DNA of 64,000 bases from an uncultured Verrucomicrobiae bacterium (GCA_963760675.1 CAVXEG010000005.1:46904-110903); one strand, 5' to 3'; counted from the stretch's first letter, positions 11,035-21,232 are shown. The notes: generated by a model not told the origin, from the letters alone. Translations and numbers: made by a program.

Positions 11035-11537
11035 CAATCGTGGTTGCGGCAATTTGGGCGTGGAAAACATTCTTCCCCAGTCCGGAAAGGGTGATTCGGT
11101 CGCGGCTTGTCAAGCTCGCAAAGCTGAATTCGTTTGAGCCGGGCGAAGGCAATATCGCAAAGGCGTTCGCCGTGCAGAAGTTGGACGACTATTTCACCCC
11201 GGACGTGACCGTTACGATTGACGTGCGCGGCTACGACGTTTTTTCGTTCAATGGCCGGCAGGATCTGGTTTCGTCCGTCAGCCGGATGCGGTTTTATTTG
11301 CAGGGCATGAAAGTTGAGTTGCCTGACATTGCGGTCACGCTCGGGCCCGACAAGCAGACCGCCAGCGCCGACGTCACGGGCAAGTTGACGATTTCGGGCG
11401 AACACGATTTCATCGTGCAGGAATTGAAATTTACGCTCAAGAAGGTCGACGGCAAATGGCTCATTGACCACGTCGAAACGGTGAAAACCCTCGGACGGAG
11501 CACAACAGCAGCGCTGGCTCTGGCGTTGGCGCAATGA
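11001..11537 (+). CDS. Membrane-anchored SnoaL/NTF2-like protein
   Basis: N-terminal TM; LDDYFTPDV...LKKVDGKWLI pattern. Confidence 0.6.
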   Translation: MQKSFRVLVALAIVVAAIWAWKTFFPSPERVIRSRLVKLAKLNSFEPGEGNIAKAFAVQKLDDYFTPDVTVTIDVRGYDVFSFNGRQDLVSSVSRMRFYLQGMKVELPDIAVTLGPDKQTASADVTGKLTISGEHDFIVQELKFTLKKVDGKWLIDHVETVKTLGRSTTAALALALAQ

Positions 11538-12193
11538 ACGCGGAAGCTGTCGAACATCTGCGCGGCGCGGACAAAGTCCTGGCGCGGCTCATCGCGCGGG
11601 TTGGACCGTGCACGCTTAGAGCCCGGAGCAGGAGGCAGCCATTCGAAGCGCTCGTTCAGGCCGTAACTCACCAGCAACTGAACGGAACCGCAGCAGGCAC
11701 GATTCTCCGGCGAATGATTGCGCTGTTTCCCGGAAAGCGGTTTCCGACGCCACAAGATTTACTGGATACTTCAGAGGAACGCTTGCGCAGTGCGGGACTT
11801 TCCCGCGCAAAGGTTGCCGCCATCAAGGACATTGCCGCGAAAACATTGGCCGGTATTGTGCCGAGTTCGCGCGCGATTGAACGGATGAGCGACCCTGAAA
11901 TTATAGAGCGGCTCACGTCCGTGCGCGGCGTCGGCCCGTGGACGGTCGAGATGCTGCTGATGTTCACGCTTGGCCGATTGGATGTGTTGCCTGTGACCGA
12001 TTACGGCGTGCGCAAAGGCTTTGCGCTCACCTATGGCTGGAAGGAACTGCCGACTCCAAAGGAACTGCTCGATTTCGGCGAGCGCTGGCGGCCGCATCGC
12101 TCGACCGCCGCCTGGTATCTGTGGCGCTCGCTCGAATTGCGCTCGGAGAATTCCGCCAACGGACAGTTCACCTGGGGCGAACGTCCAAAGTAA
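11534..12193 (+). CDS. alkA: DNA-3-methyladenine glycosylase II (AlkA/HhH-GPD family)
   Basis: QQLNGTAA, LTSVRGVGPWTVEMLLMFTLGRLDVLPVTDYGVR, WRPHRSTAAWYLW. Confidence 0.9.
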   Translation: MNAEAVEHLRGADKVLARLIARVGPCTLRARSRRQPFEALVQAVTHQQLNGTAAGTILRRMIALFPGKRFPTPQDLLDTSEERLRSAGLSRAKVAAIKDIAAKTLAGIVPSSRAIERMSDPEIIERLTSVRGVGPWTVEMLLMFTLGRLDVLPVTDYGVRKGFALTYGWKELPTPKELLDFGERWRPHRSTAAWYLWRSLELRSENSANGQFTWGERPK

Positions 12194-12608
12194 TCGCTTC
12201 AAGGCCGGGCTTCAGCAGCACTGAAACCGGGCATTGCTCTTTCGCTTGTTCGGCTGCGCGTTTCAGCGTGTCCGCGTCAATGCCTTCTCCGCCTGCTTCG
12301 GTTTCAAGATGGATTTTGGAGATTTTCCAGCCGCCCGCCCGTTGCGCAAGCGTGAGCGTCGCTTTCGTGTGAATGTCGCGCGGCGTCTTCTTCATGTCGC
12401 CAAGAATTTTCGCGAGCATCATGCTGAAACAGGATGCGTGCGCCGCCGCAATCAGTTCTTCGGGATTCGTGCCTTTGCCATTTTCGAAACGTGATGGAAC
12501 CGAGTACGCCACGTCGCTCAACACGCCGCTGCCCGTTGAAGTCTTGCCCGAGCCGCTCCGCAAATCTCCGCTCCAATGTGCCGACGCCTGCCGTTGAATG
12601 TCTGCCAT
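12168..12608 (-). CDS. osmC: OsmC family peroxiredoxin
   Basis: GTNPEELIAAAHASCFSM and AKEQCPVS. Confidence 0.93.
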   Translation of the reverse strand: MADIQRQASAHWSGDLRSGSGKTSTGSGVLSDVAYSVPSRFENGKGTNPEELIAAAHASCFSMMLAKILGDMKKTPRDIHTKATLTLAQRAGGWKISKIHLETEAGGEGIDADTLKRAAEQAKEQCPVSVLLKPGLEAITLDVRPR

Positions 12609-12687
12609 AAATGTCCTTTCCTTTTTGGTTCGCCTCGGAACCTAACGGCATTGCCGGGAAGTCAAATGAGTCGTGCACTGGGGCGCC

Positions 12688-13332
12688 TCACGCCCGGATG
12701 GAAATCGTCTTCCGTCCACTCGCGCGTTCCTTTCTGGAAACGAACGGACTTCGTTCAAGATAAAATCGGAGTGGCAGCGTGGCGGCTTTGGTAATCCCAA
12801 TTCGCGTCGCGGTCACAAGTGGGCCGCGTTCATGCCGGAAGCGGTTTACCGCAGGATTTTCCGCGATAAACAGCGGCGAGTGCGGGTCGCACAAATCCGC
12901 GCCATTCAATTCTCGCGTGATGTTCATCGCTTCGCACAATTTGCCGGGGCCGTTTGTTAATTGATGCAGATTCTTTGTCGCGCGGTGAAATCGCATCAAT
13001 TTCTCTCCAAGCGATATCTCAATGGCACGAATCAGCACCGCCTCAGCAATACCTGCAGGCTGGCAGACTGCGTTGACACAAAAGTGGAAGCCGTAAATAA
13101 GATACACATAAACATGCCCAGGCGGGCCGAACATGACGCGATTCCGGGCGGTGGGACCCGGCGTGCCATGACACGCCGGGTCTCCGACGAGATACGCCTC
13201 TGTTTCGACAATCGGTCCACCGCACGGTCCCTCTGGCGTGTTGCGAATCAGCCAATGCCCGAGCAGTTCGGGCGCGACAACTTGCGCGGACGGTCGATAG
13301 AATAATCTCGGCAGTGGCGAAAAGTTCTTCAT
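12688..13332 (-). CDS. mpg: 3-methyladenine DNA glycosylase, Mpg/AAG family
   Basis: IVETEAY, YVYLIYGFHFCVN, AVLIRA, NGPGKLC, RIGI motifs. Confidence 0.93.
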   Translation of the reverse strand: MKNFSPLPRLFYRPSAQVVAPELLGHWLIRNTPEGPCGGPIVETEAYLVGDPACHGTPGPTARNRVMFGPPGHVYVYLIYGFHFCVNAVCQPAGIAEAVLIRAIEISLGEKLMRFHRATKNLHQLTNGPGKLCEAMNITRELNGADLCDPHSPLFIAENPAVNRFRHERGPLVTATRIGITKAATLPLRFYLERSPFVSRKERASGRKTISIRA

Positions 13333-13460
13333 CCGGTTTCACGAAAGTCTATTGGCTGCGACTCCAAAGTCGAATTTGATGTGACGTGGCTATGCAAGAC
13401 CAGTGGAGTTCGGGTGGAATAGCAACTCGCAGAGTCGGGTGTTCGGAAATACATTAAGCG

Positions 13461-14009
13461 ATGAAGCCGTTGCGCATTTGGACGATTGGCCATTCAACTC
13501 GAACCATCGCCGAGTCTATTGAATTGCTGAAGTCGCAGGACATTCAAGCGCTGGTGGACGTGCGGCGCTTCCCCGGCTCACGACGCCTTCCGCATTTCAA
13601 TCTGCAGCCGCTTTCGGAATCGCTGGCCCGGGCTGGAATTCAATATGCGCATCTCCCTGAGCTTGGCGGACGCCGCCGCGCCAGAGCGAATTCACCGAAC
13701 ACTGCGTGGCGCAACGCTGGTTTTCGCGGCTACGCGGATTACATGATGACAGAGGAATTCCGCAGCGGCATCGCACGGTTGGGCGCGCTGGCGAACGAGA
13801 GACGCACCGCCATCATGTGTGCGGAGGTGCTGTGGTGGCAATGCCATCGCAGTTTAATTTCTGATTATCTCAAAGCTGCAGGCCATGAAGTCATCCACAT
13901 TCTTGCGCTCGGCAAAACTGAACTGCATCCGTTCACTTCCGCGGCGCGGATTGTGGACGGGAAGCTTTCCTACGCTGCGCCGAAGAGCGAGCCGCAGTTT
14001 CTCTTTTGA
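13461..14009 (+). CDS. DUF488 family protein
   Basis: TIGHSTR, LVDVRRFPGSRR, LGGRR, AIMCAE...CHR. Confidence 0.9.
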   Translation: MKPLRIWTIGHSTRTIAESIELLKSQDIQALVDVRRFPGSRRLPHFNLQPLSESLARAGIQYAHLPELGGRRRARANSPNTAWRNAGFRGYADYMMTEEFRSGIARLGALANERRTAIMCAEVLWWQCHRSLISDYLKAAGHEVIHILALGKTELHPFTSAARIVDGKLSYAAPKSEPQFLF

Positions 14010-15105
14010 TCGACTTGGCGAGCTTTTCTTCGAGTGTGAGCCGCTTTCTCAGCAATTGCAGCACGGCCCTCTCGTCCTGCGACAGACCGCGTTTGGATCG
14101 AACCAATTTCCTTCCTGGCTGCTGATGCAAGAAGTCCGCGAGTGAACCTTCCAGATAACAATCCAGCACGTGCGGATGCACGTAGCATTTCCGGCAAACG
14201 GCAGGAGTGTTGCCCAATTTCGCAGCCACTGATTCGATGGCGGCTGTGATGTTTTTCTTTGTTTGCGCCTTCGTCTGCGCCCCAGTGAGTTCATGTAAGG
14301 CCATCGCCGCCATCATGGTTCCAGCCCACGTCCGAAAATCCTTCGCGGTAAAATCTTCGCCGCTGATTTCCCGCAAGTATTCGTTCACATCCTGCGAATG
14401 CACGTCCTGCATTTTCCCGTCTTCATCCACATATTGAAACAGCTCCTGTCCCGGCAGGTCCTGGCACTTGCGAACAATTTTCGCGAGTTGTGGATCGCGA
14501 ACGTCGATCTTGTGCGATTTGCCCGCCTTGCCGCGAAAATGAAATCTCAATGTCGAACCGTTCACATCCACATGATGATCGCGCATCGTAGTCAGGCCAA
14601 ACGACTCATTCGTCCTCGCGTACTCGTCATTGCCGACCCGAATCAAGCTGACTTCCAACAGACGAACAACAGTGGCGAGCAACTTGTTTCGTGGCAAACC
14701 CCGCAACGCCAGGTCGTGCTCAATGCGACATCGAATCTGAGGGAGCGCCTTGGCGAAGGTGATGATGCGCGCGTATTTCGTCTCGTCGCGCACTTCACGC
14801 CAGCGCGGGTGATATCGGAACTGCTTACGCCTGCGATCGTCGCGCCCTGTGGCCTGCAAGTGTCCATTTGGGTCAGGGCAAATCCACACATCAGTCCACG
14901 CAGGTGGAATGGCCAGAGCTTTGACCCTTTTCAATGTTTCCGCATCCGTAACCAGTTTTTGATTCGGCGCGCGATAGCGAAATCGATTACCAAAACGTTC
15001 CCGAGTTACGCCGGGCATAGCGTCGGTGACATAACGCAAGCCCACAGCCTGGGCGGACTGAATCGGGTCTTTCAACTCCTCGACCTTTTCCGGTTCGATC
15101 AACAT
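13933..15105 (-). CDS. Bacterial DNA topoisomerase IB
   Basis: IPPAWTDVWI, GRDDRRRKQFRYH, RVGNDEY, FRGKAG, FTAKDFRTW, LGNTPAVCRKCYVHP (catalytic Tyr). Confidence 0.95.
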   Translation of the reverse strand: MLIEPEKVEELKDPIQSAQAVGLRYVTDAMPGVTRERFGNRFRYRAPNQKLVTDAETLKRVKALAIPPAWTDVWICPDPNGHLQATGRDDRRRKQFRYHPRWREVRDETKYARIITFAKALPQIRCRIEHDLALRGLPRNKLLATVVRLLEVSLIRVGNDEYARTNESFGLTTMRDHHVDVNGSTLRFHFRGKAGKSHKIDVRDPQLAKIVRKCQDLPGQELFQYVDEDGKMQDVHSQDVNEYLREISGEDFTAKDFRTWAGTMMAAMALHELTGAQTKAQTKKNITAAIESVAAKLGNTPAVCRKCYVHPHVLDCYLEGSLADFLHQQPGRKLVRSKRGLSQDERAVLQLLRKRLTLEEKLAKSIKRETAARSSAQRRKASRPQSAPRK

Positions 15106-15124
15106 GGTTACGAGCTGAATGCCG

Positions 15125-16975
15125 TTAACGCGGCCTTTCCGGAGCGGCAGCATGTATTGATACCAATTCAGCGACAGCACTGGCCAGGCTAGTGACGGTT
15201 TGATCGGCGACCATGGGTGCTTCGTGTTTCCGGAGTTGTTGCGCTTCGGTTCGAGTCAAGACCACTGCGACAATCCGCACGTGAGGGAATTGCGCGCGCA
15301 GACGCTTGCAGAGGTAACGCGCGGGCAGTTGCCCCAGGGGCGGGATGGCGGTGACGCAGACAGTATTGACGGAGCTTCGCGCGGCTTCTTCGATGCGTTC
15401 CGAGGCCAGTGCGGCAGCAGACACGGATTTGGCGCCCATGCCGCGACGATTCAAAAGCTGCGCCAGCATCACTCCGGCAATTTCATCCGCTTCATCCCGC
15501 GCCGGCATTGTGAGGATACAAGCCTCCGTCGGAGGCTGCTCGGGACGCGGAACAGGTTGTTGGCGGTGGGAGAGACCGTTCTTGATTCCATTATTGCCCG
15601 CGATCAGTTCGTCCGCGCGCTCGCCAATGTCCTCCACGAGAAGGCGCGCGTTCTCAAAGACAAATTGTTGCTGATTTTCATCAAGCTTGCCGCGATGCCG
15701 GTCCTCCTCCGCGAGACTCAGCGCGGGTATGATGACTTCGTCATAGAGTCGTTCGAGAGATTTGCCTTTTAGAAATTCCTCCGCAATTTCCAAGGCTTCA
15801 TCCACGTCCGTCGCGAGCAGCCGCTGGTAGAGGCGTTTCTCTGGACTTAGCACGGCGTGGTCGCTCAACAGGACATCCAGGAATTCAAGTGACGGCACAT
15901 ACCTTCCCATAACTATCAGGCAAACCGTGAGGGGCGTGGAAAGCAGCAGGCCGATTGGCCCCCAAAGCCAGGTCCAGAAGACGGCGGCGACGAGGATACC
16001 CATCGGCGAGATGCCGGCTGACCTGCCGTAAAGCAGCGGTTCCGCAAAATTGTAGTTCAGAAGATCGATTCCGAAATAGAGCCCGAAGATTCCGATGGGT
16101 TTGAACCAGCCTGGGCTTATAGCAAAGGCGATGGCAGCGGGCATCGACGCGGCCACCCAAATGCCAAGATAAGGAACGTATCGCAATACCGCCGCGAGCA
16201 CTGCCCACAGAATCGGATTCGGTACCCGCATGAAATAAAGGCCAATTCCGGCGAGCACGCCGAAAATTGTGTTCAACGCCAGTTGCGCAAGCAGATATCG
16301 GCTGACACGGTATCCCGCTTCATCGAATGCCTTGGTAGTGAGGTTGAGTTGCCGCGCGCCAAAGAGCCGGATGAGACGATCTCGCAAGTCTTCGTGTTGA
16401 AAGAGCATGAAGATCACGAACACGACGACGACTGCGGCTGTGATGAGGACGTTGATGGCTGAGCCGAGCACGTTGCGGATAACGTCCAGTGGGGAAAACG
16501 GGCTTTTGCGGATTTCGACGGGAACAGGTTTTTCTTCTCCTGGCGCGTTCGATGGAGGATTCAGTTCCTCGGTGAAATCATGGACCGCGCGGCTTATGCG
16601 ATTGATGACTCCGCTGCTGGACGCATGAATCGAATGCAGTTTGTGGGTAATGTTCTCGCGGTACTGAGGCAGTTGATGGCCGAGATCGGTGAGCTGGAGC
16701 GAGACCAGACCGCCTACGATTGCAATTATCGTGAACGCCAGGCTTACTACGATCAATACGCTCGGAATACGGCCCAGATGCCAGCGGCGCAATCGAACCA
16801 CCAAAGGCGCAAGCAGGAATGAGAACAACAATGCCAGCGAAAACGGGATGAAGACTTCACGGGCGAAGTAAAGCAACGCCATGACAATCAAGACCGCGAT
16901 GAAGGTTGTGTATTTCGGTGCGGGGTTGGCGTGTTCTCGAACAGCCGGGGCGTCTTGAGTTCGTTCTTGTTTCAT
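15125..16975 (-). CDS. AI-2E family transporter with C-terminal soluble domain
   Basis: DLRDRLIRL, RYVPYLG, EPLLYG, FWTWLWGPIGLLLSTPLTV. Confidence 0.88.
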   Translation of the reverse strand: MKQERTQDAPAVREHANPAPKYTTFIAVLIVMALLYFAREVFIPFSLALLFSFLLAPLVVRLRRWHLGRIPSVLIVVSLAFTIIAIVGGLVSLQLTDLGHQLPQYRENITHKLHSIHASSSGVINRISRAVHDFTEELNPPSNAPGEEKPVPVEIRKSPFSPLDVIRNVLGSAINVLITAAVVVVFVIFMLFQHEDLRDRLIRLFGARQLNLTTKAFDEAGYRVSRYLLAQLALNTIFGVLAGIGLYFMRVPNPILWAVLAAVLRYVPYLGIWVAASMPAAIAFAISPGWFKPIGIFGLYFGIDLLNYNFAEPLLYGRSAGISPMGILVAAVFWTWLWGPIGLLLSTPLTVCLIVMGRYVPSLEFLDVLLSDHAVLSPEKRLYQRLLATDVDEALEIAEEFLKGKSLERLYDEVIIPALSLAEEDRHRGKLDENQQQFVFENARLLVEDIGERADELIAGNNGIKNGLSHRQQPVPRPEQPPTEACILTMPARDEADEIAGVMLAQLLNRRGMGAKSVSAAALASERIEEAARSSVNTVCVTAIPPLGQLPARYLCKRLRAQFPHVRIVAVVLTRTEAQQLRKHEAPMVADQTVTSLASAVAELVSIHAAAPERPR

Positions 16976-17083
16976 TGGACGGCGCTGTATTGCCTGTGCG
17001 CCATCAGTTTCTTAGGTTAACCTGCGAACCGATCGAAAACATGTAGTCGTTTACCCTATGTCTGAGCAAACAACCTTGGAACG

Positions 17084-17449
17084 ATGACGAGCGAATTGCA
17101 GAAACTGAAGCACTCGCTGGGACTCGAAGCTTATCGCCGTCACATTTTTTTGTGCGCGGATCAGACCGACCCGAGGTGCGCGTCGAAGGAATGTGGCTTG
17201 GAGGCCTGGGAGTTTTTGAAACGCAGGTTAAAAGAACTGAATCTCGCCGGGCCGGAGCGATTGATTTATCGCACCAAGGCGAACTGTCTTCGCGTGTGTA
17301 TTTGCGGACCGATAGCTGTCGTATATCCCGAAGCAGTTTGGTATCACTCCTGCACGCCGATCGTGTTGGAAAGAATCATCCAGGAACACCTTATCGGCGG
17401 AAGAGTAGTGGAGGATTTTGCCTTCGCGGTAAACGTCAGCCTCAACTAA
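17084..17449 (+). CDS. Thioredoxin-like [2Fe-2S] ferredoxin
   Basis: HIFLC...C...[23 protein letters not shown]...IIQEHLIGG. Confidence 0.9.
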   Translation: MTSELQKLKHSLGLEAYRRHIFLCADQTDPRCASKECGLEAWEFLKRRLKELNLAGPERLIYRTKANCLRVCICGPIAVVYPEAVWYHSCTPIVLERIIQEHLIGGRVVEDFAFAVNVSLN

Positions 17450-17530
17450 TGCGTGCCAATGCGATTCCTCTCGGGGGAGGTTTCAAAACGCTCGACATTT
17501 CAGCCGTAATTCCGACAATCAGGTTGGGGT

Positions 17531-18151
17531 ATGGCTAGACTTGTTGTCAGAACAACTGGATTTGAAAATCAGGTTCTCGAACTGAGGCTTGGCGCAAATC
17601 GCGTTGGCAGAAGTCCGGATTCTGATTTCCCGATCAGCCATCCGACTGTTTCAGGATTGCACTGTGAATTCTTGCTGATCAACGGCGGCGTGACGATTCG
17701 CGATCTTGACTCCACAAACGGCACGTTTGTCGATGGGAAAAGAATTCAAGAGGCAGTCCTGACCACAGGGCAGACCGTGCGGTTGGGTGATGTGGAACTG
17801 TTTGTTGAGACCGCAGAGGTCACTGTCGCAATTCCGAAGTTTACCAATCCTGACATTGTTGCTCCGCCGGTTGTCTTGGGAGATGGCTCAATGATCTGCC
17901 CTCGTCATCCAGGTTCACCGGTCACGCACCGATGTATGCAATGCAGGGAAGTGATGTGCGACGCATGTGTTCACCGGCTTCGACGCAAAGGAAGCAACAC
18001 AGTCCTGCTGCTCTGTCCAGTGTGCAGCAGCGCACTGGAGCAAATCGCGGCGCCGACAAAGAAGAAGAAGAGGTCGCTGTTTGCCCGTGTCGGTGAAACC
18101 GTCAAGATGAAGTTCACGCGGAAGCTTCGTCTCGATAACGATCAGTCGTGA
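17531..18151 (+). CDS. FHA domain protein with C-terminal B-box-like zinc finger
   Basis: GR..., S..H and DLDSTNGTFVDG FHA motifs; CPRH-x8-CMQC-x4-CDAC...CPVC. Confidence 0.8.
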   Translation: MARLVVRTTGFENQVLELRLGANRVGRSPDSDFPISHPTVSGLHCEFLLINGGVTIRDLDSTNGTFVDGKRIQEAVLTTGQTVRLGDVELFVETAEVTVAIPKFTNPDIVAPPVVLGDGSMICPRHPGSPVTHRCMQCREVMCDACVHRLRRKGSNTVLLLCPVCSSALEQIAAPTKKKKRSLFARVGETVKMKFTRKLRLDNDQS

Positions 18152-18197
18152 AAAGCGAATAGACGGCCTCCTGATCAATGGTTACACGCTATTCGGC

Positions 18198-18632
18198 TTA
18201 GTCGTGCGCCACACGGTTGGACAGTTCGTTCTTATCATCGCGACGACGAGGAAAATGCTTCGCGAGTAACTCGCCGGCGCGTTTAACGCCGTGCAGGACG
18301 CCTTCGGTGAATTCCGAGTTCCGAAAATGTCCGCTCATCGCCTCAGCGACTTCCTTCCAAAACGGGTCGCCACATTTCGCATGAACGGCGGCATCGCCGA
18401 TAATCGCAAATTTGTGCGTGTGCGGTGCGACGAAGATGAGCACGCCGTTTCGTTCCCGCGTTTTTTCCATTCCAAGCTGGATGAAATGCTCCCGCGCAGC
18501 CGCGACGGGATCCTCGATGTCCTTGCGGCTGACGAAAACGCGTATTTCTCCAGATGTCTTCAGTTCCGCCTCGCGAATTGCTTCAGCGATTTTGTCGTGA
18601 TGGAGACGGTTTAAGAACTCCTTCGCGCGCAT
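18198..18632 (-). CDS. TPM domain protein (short)
   Basis: AELKTSGEIRVFV, TRERNGVLIFVA, DDKNELSN. Confidence 0.85.
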   Translation of the reverse strand: MRAKEFLNRLHHDKIAEAIREAELKTSGEIRVFVSRKDIEDPVAAAREHFIQLGMEKTRERNGVLIFVAPHTHKFAIIGDAAVHAKCGDPFWKEVAEAMSGHFRNSEFTEGVLHGVKRAGELLAKHFPRRRDDKNELSNRVAHD

Positions 18633-18634
18633 AA

Positions 18635-19390
18635 TCACCAGCTTCCTCCCGCGCCACCGCCGCCAAAACTCCCGCCCCCGCCGGAGAAACCACCACCTCC
18701 ACCGCCGGACCAACCTCCTCCAGACCAACCGCTGCCACCAATCGTCCAACCGCCTCCGCCCCACGAGGAATATCCGCCTCGCAAGCCTGAACGTCGCCCG
18801 CGCATGAGGGAGAGGAGGATGAAGAGCACGATTAAGCCAAAGATCAGAATCGGGAGGAATCCAACAACCGAATTAACCGCTCGGTCTCCGACCGTGCGTC
18901 CGGTGCCTCTATACTCACCCCGTGTGGCAGCGAGAATCGCCGCCACGCCCGCATTAAGGCCGGCATCGAAGTTTCCATTCCGGAATTGCGGCGTGATCTC
19001 GTCGCTCACAATCCGTTTTGCCAGCGCGTCCGGCAAAACGCCTTCGAGTCCATAGCCGACCTGCAAATAGACCTTCCGGTCCTGCACAAAGACGAATAGC
19101 ACCGCGCCATTGTTCTTTTCCTGTTGGCCCGCCTTCCACGCTCGCGCCACGCGCACCGTGTAATCCTCGATTGAGGAGTCTGACTGCATCTTCGGGAAAA
19201 CCGTGACGAGGATCTGGTCGGAAGTCTGGCGCTCGAAGTCCTCCAACGTTTTGTTCAGGCGCGCGGCAGTGCTTGGGGAAACCACGTGCGCGTAATCGTT
19301 GAAGTATTGCTTTGGCGCGGGCGGGATGACTTCGGCCGCGAATGAAGTTACGGCGAACAACCAAAACAGGATGATTGGAAACCGCATCAC
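18635..19390 (-). CDS. TPM domain protein with TM and Gly-rich tail (YgcG-like)
   Basis: DRKVYLQVGYGLEGVLPD; GGGGSFGGGGAGGSW end. Confidence 0.9.
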   Translation of the reverse strand: MMRFPIILFWLFAVTSFAAEVIPPAPKQYFNDYAHVVSPSTAARLNKTLEDFERQTSDQILVTVFPKMQSDSSIEDYTVRVARAWKAGQQEKNNGAVLFVFVQDRKVYLQVGYGLEGVLPDALAKRIVSDEITPQFRNGNFDAGLNAGVAAILAATRGEYRGTGRTVGDRAVNSVVGFLPILIFGLIVLFILLSLMRGRRSGLRGGYSSWGGGGWTIGGSGWSGGGWSGGGGGGFSGGGGSFGGGGAGGSW

Positions 19391-19393
19391 AAG

Positions 19394-20038
19394 CTATGGC
19401 CTTGCCGCCGGAGCTTGCGTTGATGAGTTGAAATCAAACTGCACTTTCGGCGGCGTTTCCGCGCCCGGCGTGGCGGCAAAGTAAGGCTTCTCGTTGAAGT
19501 GAAATAACCGGGCATAGAGAACCGCTGGGAAAGACTTGATTGCTGTGTTGTATTCGCGCACAGCCTCGTTGAAATCCCGCCGCGCGACCGCGATGCGGTT
19601 TTCGGTGCCTTCCAACTGCGCCTGAAGATCGCGGAAGTTGGCCGTCGCCTTTAGTTCGGGATAACGCTCCGCGACAACCAGCAAACGAGACAGCGCGGAG
19701 GAGAGCTGGCTTTGAGCACGATCAAATTCCGCGAGCTTCGCGGGATCGTTCGGCGCGGAGTTGGGATCGATTTTGACTTGCCCGACCGAGGCGCGGGCTT
19801 CGGTGACTTGAGTGAGCGTGGATTTCTCAAAGTTCGCCGCGCCGGATACAGTCGCGACAAGGTTCGGAATGAGGTCTGCCCGGCGCTGATAAACATTTTG
19901 CACCTGCGCCCATTGGCTGTCGGCAGCCTGCGAGCGTTTGACGAGATAATTGTAGCTGCCCCCCGCCATCACGATGAAGATGAGCACGACGACGCCAATG
20001 GCCGCGAGGATTGCACATCCGATGCCGAGTTTTTTCAT
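19394..20038 (-). CDS. lemA: LemA family protein
   Basis: YQRRADLIPNLV, ERYPELKA, LEGTENRIAVARRDFN. Confidence 0.95.
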   Translation of the reverse strand: MKKLGIGCAILAAIGVVVLIFIVMAGGSYNYLVKRSQAADSQWAQVQNVYQRRADLIPNLVATVSGAANFEKSTLTQVTEARASVGQVKIDPNSAPNDPAKLAEFDRAQSQLSSALSRLLVVAERYPELKATANFRDLQAQLEGTENRIAVARRDFNEAVREYNTAIKSFPAVLYARLFHFNEKPYFAATPGAETPPKVQFDFNSSTQAPAARP

Positions 20039-20194
20039 AGTGCGCTCACAATAGACCCGCGCTGGAATTGAACAACTACAATTCCGCAACCGGTTTGTAG
20101 ATCGGATGCGGTTCAGAATTCGGCAACCAATCCGGCCGGGTTCACCTGCTATTCCGGCCCTTTGATCGGGCCTGAAATCTGGAAAAAGATTTCC

Positions 20195-20240
20195 AAAAAA
20201 ACCTATTGCGTGCCTTACGCAGCCTGCCTATATTCCCCGC
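20195..20240 (+). promoter_or_regulatory. sigma70 promoter of the ribosomal superoperon
   Basis: A-tract, TTGCGT (20206-11)-N17-TATATT (20229-34), GC-rich discriminator CCCCGC. Confidence 0.7.
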
Positions 20241-20364
20241 TCCGTTTCCCCTGAACAGGGAGCGGACAGCATAACCTGCGGAACCGATAACTGACCACCC
20301 GTCTGGGAGCAGGATTGATGGCTCCGCTCTCCAAGTAGCTGACTTGGGAACTGTTATTGATTTT
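20241..20364 (+). promoter_or_regulatory. Structured 5' leader upstream of rplB (candidate r-protein leader)
   Basis: Stems TCCGTTTCC/GGGAGCGGA, GGAGC/GCTCC and TCCAAGT/ACTTGGG; CGATAAC/GTTATTG encloses the latter two just before the ATG. Confidence 0.45.
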
Positions 20365-21224
20365 ATGCCAGTAAAGACATTTAGACCGCTGACGCCGTCC
20401 ACGCGCTACATCACGTATCGCGGACTTCAGCGACATCACGAAGACCAAGCCGGAGAAGAGCCTGGTCGAGATGCGCAAGAAGACCGGCGGGCGCAATCGC
20501 TACGGCCGCGTCACGGCTCGCGGCATCGGCGGCGGTCACAAGCAGAAGATCCGCCTGGTCGATTTCAAGCGCAACAAGCACGGCGTCGAAGCCACGGTCG
20601 CGGCGATCGAATACGATCCGCGGCCGCACCGCCCGGCTGGCGTTGCTGGAATACAAGGACGGCGAGAAGGCTTACATCATCGCTCCGGTCGGCCTGCAGG
20701 TCGGCGCGAAGCTGATGAGCGGTCCGACGGCTCCGCCGGAGATTGGGCAATTGCCTGCCGCTGCGAGGCGGTTCCGGTCGGCCTGCCGATTCACAATATC
20801 GAGATCATTCCCGGTCGCGGCGGCGCAGATGGTGCGCACGGCCGGCGGCGCGGCGACGTTGATGTCGCGCGACGAAGGCTACGCGCAGATTCGGCTGCCC
20901 TCGGGCGAAATCCGCAGGGTCAACGAGAATTGCTACGCGACCATCGGCCAGGTCGGCAACACCGAGCACGAAAACGTGGTCCTCGGCAAAGCGGGCCGCT
21001 CGCGGCATCGGGGCATTCGCCCGATCAACCGCGGTGTTTCGCGCAACCCGGTGGACCATCCGAACGGCGGCGGCGCCGGCAAGTCCAAGTCCGGCGGCGG
21101 CTGGCAGCAGCTGACTTCGCCGTGGGGCTTGCTGGCCAAGGGCTATCGCACCCGCAACAAGAAGAAATACTCGAACCGGTTCATCCTGGTCCGCCGCGAC
21201 GGCCGGCCGATGAAGAACAAGTAA
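20365..21224 (+). CDS. rplB: 50S ribosomal protein L2 (indels)
   Basis: MPVKTFRPLTPSTR, GGRNRYGRVT, IEYDP, RNPVDHPNGGG, SPWG. Confidence 0.96.
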
Positions 21225-21232
21225 TTTTACTT

